Below are positions 52,401 through 60,784 of a stretch of 64,000 nucleotides of DNA, piece by piece. Source of the stretch: Methanotrichaceae archaeon (lineage in GTDB: Archaea; Halobacteriota; Methanosarcinia; Methanotrichales; Methanotrichaceae); NCBI GenBank assembly GCA_963803145.1, contig CAWDLW010000017.1, forward strand, positions 193,188-257,187, given 5' to 3'. The translations under genes and the position numbers were made by a program. Each line of letters begins with the position of its first letter. Positions within the stretch are counted from its first letter, which is position 1. The notes beneath the pieces were generated by a model. The model was not told the origin of the DNA and did not search any database. It was given only the letters and a program-made list of their open reading frames with translations.

Positions 52401-53313
52401 CTTCAAGGGCGAAGCTCTCAGGGCACAAGGCAAGTACAATGAGTCTATTCAAGCTTATGATAAGGCTATAGAGATTAATCCTCAATATGCTGATGCCTGG
52501 AATGACAAGGGTAATGCTCTCTTGGCACAAAGCAAGTACAATGAATCGATTGAGGCTTACAATAACGCCATTGAGATTGATCCAAAATATAAATGGGCTT
52601 GGAGAAATAAAGGTCTAGCTCTTTCGGATCAGGGTAAATACAATGAATCGATTGAAGCTTCTGATAAGGCTATCCAAATAGATCCTGGATTTGCGGATGC
52701 CTGGACTGACAAGGGTAATGCTTTCTTCCGCCAAGGTATGTACAATGAATCCATTAAAGCTTATAATAGGGCTATTGAACTGGATCCAAAATACAAATGG
52801 GCCTGGAATGACAAGGGTAGTGCTTTCTTCCGCCAAGGAAAGTACAATGAATCCATTAAAGCTTATGATAAGGCCATTGAGATTGATCCGCAATTTGCAG
52901 ATGCCTGGAGCAACAAAGGGGATGCTCTAAGTCACTTGGGCAAGTATAACGAATCAATCGAGTGCTGCGATAATGCCATTGATATAGATCCTAATTTGGC
53001 ACTGCCTTGGAATGAAAAAGCATATACATTGTACAAAATGGGGAAATTCAACGAATCGTTACTATGCGTTAATAAATCCTTAGAACTCGATTCCAATTTT
53101 GCAGATGCATGGGGTACGAAAGGAACGACATTGTACGGCTTAGGCAGATATGAAGCAGCCATTGAATGTCTCAATAAAGCTATAGAGCTTGATCCTACTA
53201 AAAACCAGGCAGAGTCCTATTATTATAACGGCGAGGCACTCAAAGCCCTCGGTCGAACTACCGAAGCCGATGCAGCCTTCGCCAAGGCCAAAGAGCTAGG
53301 ATATACGGGCTGA
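49447..53313 (+). CDS. Large secreted TPR-HEAT-TPR protein
   Basis: TTG start behind GGAGGG; ~12 TPRs, 13 HEAT/PBS-lyase-like 31-aa repeats, ~13 TPRs, AKAKELGYTG end. Confidence 0.92.
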   Translation: MRVKAILILWLVLIVISISASGQQTATDWLNKSVDLVKQGKYDEAIQACDKAIQLDPKLTAAWDSKGLALISQSRYNESIQAFDKAIELNPQDAVAWAYIGADLVEQGKYNESIIALDKAIQINPQLAPAWINKGLAFYGQGKYDEAIQAYDKATELNPQDATAWNNKGNALNSLGKYNESVQAFDKAIEINPQFAMAWNNKGEALRAQGKYNESIQAYDRAIELDPNNELAWNNKGLALDQQGKYDEAIQALNKTIELNPLDAEAWSNKGLALDHQGEYDDAIQALEKAIEINPQFAPAWTNKGLALYDQGKYNESIQAYDNATQINPQNADAWYSKGIVLYLQGRYNESIQACDKVIQINPQFAMAWNNKGAALKSQGKYDEAIQAYDKAIQINPQLAIAWNNKGVALKSQGKYDEAIQAYDRAIEINPQDSDIRFRAAVTLGEINDTRAVEPLILALKDNDSYVRADVADALGKIKDTKAVEPLILALKDNDSDVRVSAAQAFEHIKDTSAVEPLIQALKDNDSDVRYSAADALGKINDTRAVEPLILALKDNDSDVRAGAAFALGEIKDPRAVEPLIILALKDNDTLARIDAADALSEINDTKAIEPLILALKDNDSDIRFRAAVTLGEINDTRAAEPLILALKDNDSDVRAGAAFALGEIEDPRAVEPLILALKDNDSDVRFDAVLAFEHIKDTRAVEPLIQALKDNDSYVRAIAAGALGNIKDTRAVEPLILALKDNDSDVRADAAKALGNINDTRAVEPLILALKDNYWRARDNAVLALGEIKDTKAVEPLILTLKDNDSDVRVDVAEALGKINDTKAVELLSQALRENDTLVQQEASEAFKILGDALYAQGKYNESIEAYVRATEIDPNDVNTWAKLGDILDNIGRYEDAISCYNKTIELSPDFASAMVSKGRTLTKMGKYNAALDIIDKSLELDPQSSYAWESKGLALYGLGKYDDAIQAYDKAVEIKPQDVVAWLFKGEALRAQGKYNESIQAYDKAIEINPQYADAWNDKGNALLAQSKYNESIEAYNNAIEIDPKYKWAWRNKGLALSDQGKYNESIEASDKAIQIDPGFADAWTDKGNAFFRQGMYNESIKAYNRAIELDPKYKWAWNDKGSAFFRQGKYNESIKAYDKAIEIDPQFADAWSNKGDALSHLGKYNESIECCDNAIDIDPNLALPWNEKAYTLYKMGKFNESLLCVNKSLELDSNFADAWGTKGTTLYGLGRYEAAIECLNKAIELDPTKNQAESYYYNGEALKALGRTTEADAAFAKAKELGYTG

Positions 53314-53376
53314 TTCATCTTCGCGCCTAATATCATTCATCAAACAGAATTCGACATAAAGTAAAGACTAAGGAGG

Positions 53377-53844
53377 GTGAAAATGAAACAATCTAAGAGG
53401 CTGATTGCTGTCCTATTTGTGGTGGCACTAGCCTTGATACCCATGGGTGCTTGCTCACCTCAGGATATACTCGGAACTTGGACTGTAATAGGCCAAATTG
53501 TAACCACATGCAGCACAGACCCGAATGCTCCTCAACCTGGGTCTTTCATGCCACCGCAAATCTGGTCAATTACTAACTCAGCAAATGGACCGATTCTTAC
53601 TAGCGATAAAGGGAGTGTTACAGGGCAATACACAGCTAACGGAGCAATGTTTGAGTTCACTACGACATTAGGCTCGGATCCTAGCTACGGACGCACGGAT
53701 TGCCTGACCCAAATCGAATGTCAGGCTGATAGCCCTACATCAATGGTTGGAACTGTTGTGAATCATTGGATCCGGACAATCTACATAACAGGATCGACTT
53801 TCGAAGAGTGCAGAGAGGCAATCCAATTTAGCGCGACAAAATAG
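53377..53844 (+). CDS. Exported Cys-containing hypothetical protein
   Basis: AGGAGG SD; signal peptide ending MGACS; ILGTWTV beta-rich domain. Confidence 0.7.
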   Translation: MKMKQSKRLIAVLFVVALALIPMGACSPQDILGTWTVIGQIVTTCSTDPNAPQPGSFMPPQIWSITNSANGPILTSDKGSVTGQYTANGAMFEFTTTLGSDPSYGRTDCLTQIECQADSPTSMVGTVVNHWIRTIYITGSTFEECREAIQFSATK

Positions 53845-53999
53845 CAATATAATCACTGAGGGTTGCAAATATAAGCATATGAGGGATGCCGATTCGAGGA
53901 GAGATCGTCATATTAATGAAAAATACGGGGTTGCCTAAATTGATGAATTATTGGTATGCTACCCAAGAGTGGCACCCAATGCCTAGGAGGGAATAATTT

Positions 54000-54719
54000 A
54001 TGGAAAGTAGAAAGAGGATAATAACTCTGGCGCTATGTATATGCGCAATTTTGGCTTTATATTTTATGCCTATTTCCATTGCAAGAGCGATCGAGTAATC
54101 AACATATGATGGACCATTCTTTACAGTTGAATATCCAACAGGCTGGCAGACGTCAGGAGGAACTACCGCTTTTCTATTCTTTGACGAAAACAAAGAGCAC
54201 TATATTAACGTCAGTATAAGTGATAACTATCCAGCTATTAAAATACTAAATGATTTTAGTACTTTCGATAATGGCGTATTCGATGAACCAACTATGCATT
54301 TCCTTAACACGCTTAAGTTCAAATCATATTCAACTGGTCCGGCAAATAATAACAAAGCGAATACAGAAACGCAACGAAACAGTGAAACATCGGCTTCTGG
54401 CCCAAACTCTGCAGAAGATTGGCAAAATTTAGGTTTGGATTTAGCTAAACAGGGCAAATATGATGAGGCCACTCAGGCTTACGACAAGGCCATCGAGCTA
54501 GATCCGCAATCTGAATTTGCATGGTACGGCAAAGGTATTACCCTAGGTATGCAGGGCAAATACGATGAGTCTTTACAGGCGTTAGATAAGGCGCTAGAGA
54601 TCGATCCACAAGATAAATACGCGTGGAATGGCAAAAGCATTACTCTCAAGGCTCTCGGTCGAACTGCGGAAGCCGAAGCAGCCTTCGCTAAAGCTAAGGA
54701 GCTGGGATATACAGGCTAA
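54000..54719 (+). pseudogene. Secreted variable-domain + TPR protein interrupted by one in-frame TAA (54096-54098)
   Basis: ATG 54000 behind AGGAGG gives MESRKRIITLALCICAILALYFMPISIARAIE*STYDGPFFTVEYPTGW..., in frame with ORF 54294-54719. Confidence 0.75.
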
Positions 54720-54975
54720 TACTATCTCCAATGAGTATGTATAACCTGTGAATTTCCTTATTTCTTTTTCAATCTCTCGGAGCCAGAGTCGTATTTTATA
54801 AATACCTATTTCGGCTGCAAAGGCAAACCTTTGCGCTCTAGATTCCATGTCTGAGTGCGAAGATACTATACGATACTGCCTATATAATTATTAGATTAAC
54901 AACAGGTTAATATCATACAGCTTGAATATAAGTGAGTGGATGGCCCTATACCGATTTTGCCAGCTCGGCCTTTCA
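54655..54975 (+). repeat. 'KELGYTG-stop + 3-prime noncoding' repeat, copy 3
   Basis: Same motif order as copies 1 and 2; stop codon is TAA here. Confidence 0.85.
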
Positions 54976-55099
54976 ATAAGCATTAAGCCAGGCTCCATGG
55001 CCGTTTTTGCCCCGTCTCCGATCGCAAGCTACCCAGCCCCGTTTTATTAATGATCTGAGGGGTTCTGGAAAGCTTCAAATTGCTAGGATAAAAATCAAA

Positions 55100-55342
55100 C
55101 TGCGTGCGGCCACCCCACCCTAAAGGGATGGGATATGCTTCGGGCCGCACGCCGATCGGTTTTCTGGAATCTAATAATTGTCTATTTTTTGTTGTCCAGA
55201 TCTCATGATCTGAACAATCGGAACTTTGCTTTCGGTTTCTAGAGATTCCTTGTTAATCAATCTAAGAAACATGAAAACCGGGCGAGGGTTCACTTCATCC
55301 CCGACTCTGAAGGTCGGGGTATTCGTGACCCTCTGCACTCCC
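55100..55342. mobile_element. Non-autonomous IS200/IS605-type palindromic-end element
   Basis: Hairpins CCCCACCCTAAAGGGATGGG (inside GCGTGCGGCC/GGCCGCACGC) and ATCCCCGACTCTGAAGGTCGGGGT (inside GAGGGTTCAC/GTGACCCTC); no ORF. Confidence 0.65.
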
Positions 55343-55369
55343 AATATAATAATAAATAAAAAAGGCTAA

Positions 55370-56749
55370 TTAATCCTTGCTAGGATCGCTGACCCTGCCC
55401 ATGAACAAGATGTTGCCAGTTTCCCTCTCTTGAATTATGAATATGAAGGGGTGATCAGCCCTGAATACCGGTATTTCTATTCTGCGAGAAGGTGGAGCTG
55501 CTGTAGCCCCGAATATTACTGCTGTAGCTGCTGCCGCCTCTGTCCCTTCCTCATTTACATCCACGAATGCTTGGTGAATTACATCGCTTATGAACAGGTC
55601 CTTTTTGCCATCGATCCCTGAAAAATCGGCTTCAGATGCGAATGGGATCGTCAAGCCTATTCCTTTTAAATTATCTACTAAAGAGTATTTTGTGGAAAAT
55701 TTGAACTTAGGGATATAAACCTCCACGAGTCTCTCCTGGAGGCCTTTCCTTATATCAGAGAGCTTTTCAAGTGAAAGCGATCTCTCCAAGGAAGAGATGT
55801 TATCATTCTTGGGGAGGAGTATTATCATAGAGACTCTTTCGCCTTGATAGGGAAGCTCCAGAGCCTGCATATCATCTGTTTCTAGGTAGTTAAATAGGAA
55901 TTCATTTCCATCTTTATGCATCATGGGCGTTTCGATAATCTTTCCTTCAGCAGTTGTAAAATTTCTTGGTTGCGTTAAATTTTTATCAAAGGAATTGACC
56001 CATTTGCCATTGAAATATACAGCATTCGTGATTATGAGCCGTGTGTCTGAGCTTATGTCGACTGGAGATATGAGATCCGTTATCTTGTTGCCAGTTCTCT
56101 CTGCAACCCAGGAATTTATCGTCTTCCTTGTATCCTCTGTCGAACCTTTGAAATCGACATTCTTCGCGATTCCATGAAAATTCCTGTCTATGTCATTCGT
56201 AAAATTGCTCAGCAATGGATAATCATTCTCTACCCAAAGTGCGTTAGCAACAGAAAGAGCATACCCTTTATCTCCTGGGTTGAGCCTGTCGTAGGCTGAG
56301 GCAAATTGCTGTCTGGTTACGTTTTCATTATCTGAAAAGTGCAATACATCATTCATTTCTTTTTCAGTCGTCCCTCTTGCACCCTCGTGGACAATTGCAA
56401 GGGCTGAATAAATGCTCCAGGGAGAGAGGAAGATGTTTTTCTGTTGGCCGTCGCTTATTTGTGATAGCATATCCAGCGCAAACTGGTTACTTCCATTTAC
56501 TGGGTCCGATATATTCCATTGATTTATTTTGACAGACGTTGTTGGTATTTGCCTAATATTAATATTATTTTGATTCATTTTCGAGGCTATTGTTGATATT
56601 TGCTTTTTCGAAATATTCTCTTGATTAAGTTGAGTATGCGTTGCTGATTCTTGCTTTACTGAAATACATCCACTTATCAACACAAACGAAACCAATAAAG
56701 ATACTAGGACTAATGATAGAGAACATTTGTCAAATAGGCTCCTCGACAT
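55370..56749 (-). CDS. Serpin with lipoprotein-like signal
   Basis: ISGC lipobox-like; NIFLSPWSI, NAVYFNGKW, hinge EEGTEAAAAT, FRADHPFIF. Confidence 0.95.
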   Translation of the reverse strand: MSRSLFDKCSLSLVLVSLLVSFVLISGCISVKQESATHTQLNQENISKKQISTIASKMNQNNINIRQIPTTSVKINQWNISDPVNGSNQFALDMLSQISDGQQKNIFLSPWSIYSALAIVHEGARGTTEKEMNDVLHFSDNENVTRQQFASAYDRLNPGDKGYALSVANALWVENDYPLLSNFTNDIDRNFHGIAKNVDFKGSTEDTRKTINSWVAERTGNKITDLISPVDISSDTRLIITNAVYFNGKWVNSFDKNLTQPRNFTTAEGKIIETPMMHKDGNEFLFNYLETDDMQALELPYQGERVSMIILLPKNDNISSLERSLSLEKLSDIRKGLQERLVEVYIPKFKFSTKYSLVDNLKGIGLTIPFASEADFSGIDGKKDLFISDVIHQAFVDVNEEGTEAAAATAVIFGATAAPPSRRIEIPVFRADHPFIFIIQERETGNILFMGRVSDPSKD

Positions 56750-57132
56750 ACAGTTTTGATATCAATTTAAATTATTAATCTTTTTGGTCTTAGGACGGAG
56801 AGAAGTTCCTAGGCTGGCTGGTAGAGACCGGCAATGGAGAGTCTGCCTAAAAATTTATCAAAACGCTAAAGCGGCTGCGTTGTTAAACTCTTTTGGTGGA
56901 TGCACATAAATACAGAGGAGCGGAGCCTGTCTTATATGTACTAATGCCTAATGTGCTGGCATATCAGACTAGACAATACCTCCCGAGAGTAAATAATACA
57001 TGTGTAATTAAATATTTTATCTGACAAATTTAAGTATAGAAAAGAATAAAATAGTTGGAGACTAACAACAAAACGCTAGTTATTCAAGACATATTGGAAC
57101 CATCATAAATATCTAGCTATCGAAGGGATATC

Positions 57133-58056
57133 ATGAATAATCAGGGCCCGCCTCGCTGGCGCTATGCGCTAGCAATTCTTATCGTCATAGTTGGCATGGC
57201 AGCCTTCTCTTATCTACTCATCAATGATATAGGAAATCTGACTAATAGCCTAATCACTGTTATGGTTCCAGGCAGTTCTGACCTGAACCTCACCGAGCCC
57301 GGAAAGTACACTATCTCTTACGAGTATCAAACCATTGTAGGAGGTAGGGTCTACTCCTCGGACATAAATTCACCTAATCTATATTGCCGTCTTCTGGAAA
57401 AGCAGACAAGATCCGAGGTAGCTTTACATCTTCCCTCGATTAGAAGTACATATTCTATCAATGGCAGATCATGGGTCTCTCTGTTTGATTTCGAGATCAA
57501 TAGATCAGGGACTTATGAGCTTTCCGCGTGGTATCCTGAAGGCCAAGTCGGACAACAAGTCGTATTGGCAGTCGGTCCAAATACTGCGGGCGGTATACTG
57601 GAGATTATCCTTAGAGGATTAGTGATATTCCTTGGGCCCTCTCTAATAGCTTTATTGATTATAGTCGTTACATATAGAAAAAGGAAGAAGACATTGGAGC
57701 AAGCTGGAAATATGAAAATCGCAAAGCTAGTAATCGAAGGCAGGGGAATTGAAGAGCTTCCTGCCTTGATCAAAGAGAAATTCAAAACTGATTATCAGTT
57801 TACATCTGAAGCAGTTATTGTATTGATGAAGGAAAAGTTCTATTATAGAATTAATTCAACCCTCCTCGCAGTCATAATCCTAAATTATACATCTAAAGAC
57901 TCATGCGAGGTTGAAATAATTGCTGGTGGAGGCAAGAAGGGGCGACTCATGTCAACTGATTGGGGAGCTGAGGGCGACATGAGAAACCAAATAGTTGGTT
58001 TTTTTAAGGAGCTGTGCCCGTCAAAAAGCTGGGCCTATACTGAAGCATCGCCATAA
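57133..58056 (+). CDS. Membrane protein, apparent fusion with a C-terminal soluble (DUF6054-like) domain
   Basis: Two TM segments around an extracellular beta domain; internal MKIAKLVIEG starts a second domain (YYRINS...IAGGG). Confidence 0.65.
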   Translation: MNNQGPPRWRYALAILIVIVGMAAFSYLLINDIGNLTNSLITVMVPGSSDLNLTEPGKYTISYEYQTIVGGRVYSSDINSPNLYCRLLEKQTRSEVALHLPSIRSTYSINGRSWVSLFDFEINRSGTYELSAWYPEGQVGQQVVLAVGPNTAGGILEIILRGLVIFLGPSLIALLIIVVTYRKRKKTLEQAGNMKIAKLVIEGRGIEELPALIKEKFKTDYQFTSEAVIVLMKEKFYYRINSTLLAVIILNYTSKDSCEVEIIAGGGKKGRLMSTDWGAEGDMRNQIVGFFKELCPSKSWAYTEASP

Positions 58057-58204
58057 TTGCTTTTTAGGTTCAACGCAGACAATAAATGATTCTGCATCGG
58101 AATTTCCGTGAAGGTCTGGGATCATACGCTTTTATAGTACAAGTGGAAAGATCCGAAAAGTTAATCTTTAAATAGTATTATTCTAGGAAGCTGAGGAGAC
58201 TCCA

Positions 58205-59203
58205 TTGAGAAAAATCGCTTTTGCTCTAATAGCGTTAGTTATGTTGTGCGTCTTGATTGCGCTAGCTCAAGGCTGTGATTGGACTGGCACGTGGGACTCG
58301 AAATGGGGAAAAATGATGCTTCAACAGTCTGGAAACGCCGTGACAGGAACGTACACTTACAATGATGGGCAGATTCAGGGAACTGCCTCAGGAAATACAT
58401 TTATTGGAACGTGGACAATGGCTCCAACCCGCAGCCCACCAAACGATGCTGGGGATGTAGAGCTTACTATGTCAGATGATTGTAATTCGTTTAGCGGCTA
58501 TTGGCGGTATGGATCATATGGAGGATGGTCTGGAATTTGGACTGCCTCGAGAGTTGGAAATGCGGTCTATGCTAAGGCCAATGAGTATGGATATTCAACT
58601 AATCAGGTAAAAAATAACGAAGCGAATACAGAAACGCAACGAAACAGTGAAATATCGGCTTCGGGACAGCAGAACGCTGAGGATTGGAACAGCAAAGGTG
58701 TAGATCTCTATTTGAAGGGTCAATACGATGAGGCTCTCCAAGCTTTAGACAAGGCCATTGAGCTGAACCCACAATATGCAGAGGCTTGGAGCAACAAAGG
58801 CTATGCTCTTTATCTGCAAGGTAAATGCAATGAGGCTCTCCAGGCTATCGATAAGGCTATCGAAATCGATCCAAACGATGCAGATGCCTGGGAAAACAAA
58901 GGCTTAGTTCTCTTAAACCAGAGCAAAAATGATGAGGCTCTCCAGGCTTATGATAAGGCCATTGAAGTAAATCCAAACGATCCTCAAGCCTGGGATGGCA
59001 AAGGTGAAGCTCTCGATGGACAGGGAAAATACGAGGAGGCTATTCAGGCTTACGACAAGGCCATTGAGATAAAACCAGATGATATAGGTGCCTGGATGTT
59101 CAAGAGTTTTGCTCTCAGGACTCTTGGGAGAACTGCTGAGGCAGACATAGCTGATAAAAAGGCAAGTGAGCTGTTGAATGCAAGCACGGAAATACAATAT
59201 TAA
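58205..59203 (+). CDS. Secreted beta-barrel domain + TPR protein
   Basis: Signal peptide; CDWTGTWDSKWG...GTWT...GYWRY domain; NNEANTETQRNSE linker; ~5 TPRs. Confidence 0.85.
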   Translation: MRKIAFALIALVMLCVLIALAQGCDWTGTWDSKWGKMMLQQSGNAVTGTYTYNDGQIQGTASGNTFIGTWTMAPTRSPPNDAGDVELTMSDDCNSFSGYWRYGSYGGWSGIWTASRVGNAVYAKANEYGYSTNQVKNNEANTETQRNSEISASGQQNAEDWNSKGVDLYLKGQYDEALQALDKAIELNPQYAEAWSNKGYALYLQGKCNEALQAIDKAIEIDPNDADAWENKGLVLLNQSKNDEALQAYDKAIEVNPNDPQAWDGKGEALDGQGKYEEAIQAYDKAIEIKPDDIGAWMFKSFALRTLGRTAEADIADKKASELLNASTEIQY

Positions 59204-59314
59204 AATACTGTTCCCAAAAGGGGTACATGAACCTGTAATCCCGCTCTTAATTTTTTGCATCTTCAAGGCATATGCACTTAGCGATTTTTTGCTTATTGAT
59301 ATCGATGGTGCCCT

Positions 59315-59576
59315 CAGGCTTATAACAAGGGCATTGAGATCAATCCTCAACTAGCAAAAGCTTGGTACAACAAAGGCGTTGCTCTCGATGATTTGGGCAA
59401 ATATGATGAAGCCATTCAAGCCCATGATCAGGCCATCAAGATCAATCCTCAATACGCAGAAGCATGGGTATAATAAAGGCATAGCTCTCAAGGCTCTCGG
59501 TCAAACTGCTGAGACAGATGCAGCTTTTGCCAAGGCCAAGGAGCTGGAGTACACAGGCGGATCCTATCTTCTATGA
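59315..59576 (+). pseudogene. Start-less, frameshifted TPR C-terminal fragment
   Basis: QAYNKGIEINPQLAKAWYNKG...; extra G near 59468; terminal TGA replaced by GGA (KELEYTGG). Confidence 0.75.
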
Positions 59577-59690
59577 GTATGTATAACTTGTAAACCCATC
59601 CCTCCATTTTTGGGATCTTCAAAGCCAGAGTGGTATTTTATAAATACTTTCTCTGATTGCAAAGGCATAGGTCGGCGCATCAGATTTTAC
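59495..59690 (+). repeat. 'KELGYTG-stop + 3-prime noncoding' repeat, copy 4
   Basis: GTATGTATAACTTGTAAACCCATCC...GGTATTTTATAAATAC...GATTGCAAAGGCAT. Confidence 0.8.
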
Positions 59691-59918
59691 TTTGTAATTT
59701 TCGTTATTCCGTAGCCACATTGACCGATATCAGGTGTGATAGTTCGTCCATGCTTATAGTTTATGGAATGAACGGTCAATTTGAATACGTGCTAGCTCGA
59801 TTTTGAGCTATTTTTGCAAGTTGTATATTTTGCTACATCCAACTGCCAGGCTGAATAAGTGCAATTGGGAAATAGTTCTATGACAGTTATCCTGAGAAAA
59901 GATTAGAGCTTGAAGACG

Positions 59919-60050
59919 GGTAGTCTACCATAATTGAGTTGATGAATCCCTTCGCGTCCTTCGCGGCTTCGCGCGACCATTCTCATTTTCAAGCGAAGCC
60001 GCAAAATACAATGATTTCTGTATTCATCAACGCAACATAGGTAGACTACC
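59919..60050. mobile_element. MITE with ~29-bp imperfect terminal inverted repeats
   Basis: GGTAGTCTACCATAATTGAGTTGATGAAT ... ATTCATCAACGCAACATAGGTAGACTACC. Confidence 0.7.
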
Positions 60051-60124
60051 TGATTTAGATCAATGTTAGAGCCCGCTGTAGGCGTCAAAAATTATTTTTC
60101 CCATAATAGCAATGATATTCTCAA

Positions 60125-60694
60125 ATGCTTCATCTCAACAAGCCCGCTTTGCGTGTGCTCGGCATAGCAGAGAGCTTTGTGCGTGCGATGCCTGTATCTC
60201 GTTTGGCCGGCGTGGTCATGCGGGCCGACCTCAGAATCGATGGATTAGCTCTAGCAAGCGCAACAGTTGGTGGCGATGATGCTACTCGCGCTGTTCTAAA
60301 TATATATGAGGAACTTGATCGCGAAGACCTGAATGCAATCCTCTTGAGCGGCGCTGTGATAAGCTGGTTCAACATCATAGACCTTCAGGAGGTCTTCGAA
60401 AGAACAGAGAAGCCTGTGGTCTGCCTGACATATGAGGAGTCACCAGGTCTTGAGAAATATATCCGGGAGTATTTCCCAGATCCTGATGAGAAGCTTCGCA
60501 GCTATGAACGATTAGGATCTCGCCAGCAAATAATGCTAAAGACTGGCTACGAGGTCTATGTGCGAACTCTCGGCATCCGTTCTGAAGATGCCAGGATTCT
60601 GATCAACAAGTTTTCCCTTGATGGCAGAATTCCAGAGCCGGTGCGTGTAGCTCGATTGGTTGCCAGGGCAGCGCTTCATGAGAACGAGAAATAA
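60125..60694 (+). CDS. DUF99 family protein (endonuclease V-like fold)
   Basis: RVLGIAESF, VGGDDAT, SWFNIID, RIPEPVRVAR. Confidence 0.85.
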   Translation: MLHLNKPALRVLGIAESFVRAMPVSRLAGVVMRADLRIDGLALASATVGGDDATRAVLNIYEELDREDLNAILLSGAVISWFNIIDLQEVFERTEKPVVCLTYEESPGLEKYIREYFPDPDEKLRSYERLGSRQQIMLKTGYEVYVRTLGIRSEDARILINKFSLDGRIPEPVRVARLVARAALHENEK

Positions 60695-60784
60695 TGGCGC
60701 GATATGGTATAACGTTGAGAATAGCGAGCATAATCTCAAATCATCGTATGCTCTTCAACCTTATTTCATACGTTTTCCAAAACA

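Noticed and set aside
46948-53313. Regular 102-bp and 93-bp DNA repeats as a possible CRISPR array
   Set aside because: They are in-frame TPR and HEAT coding repeats, with no repeat-spacer structure and no cas genes
46594-59690. Diversity-generating retroelement (TR/VR) explanation for the repeated C-terminal ends
   Set aside because: No reverse transcriptase in the window, and differences between copies are not confined to adenines
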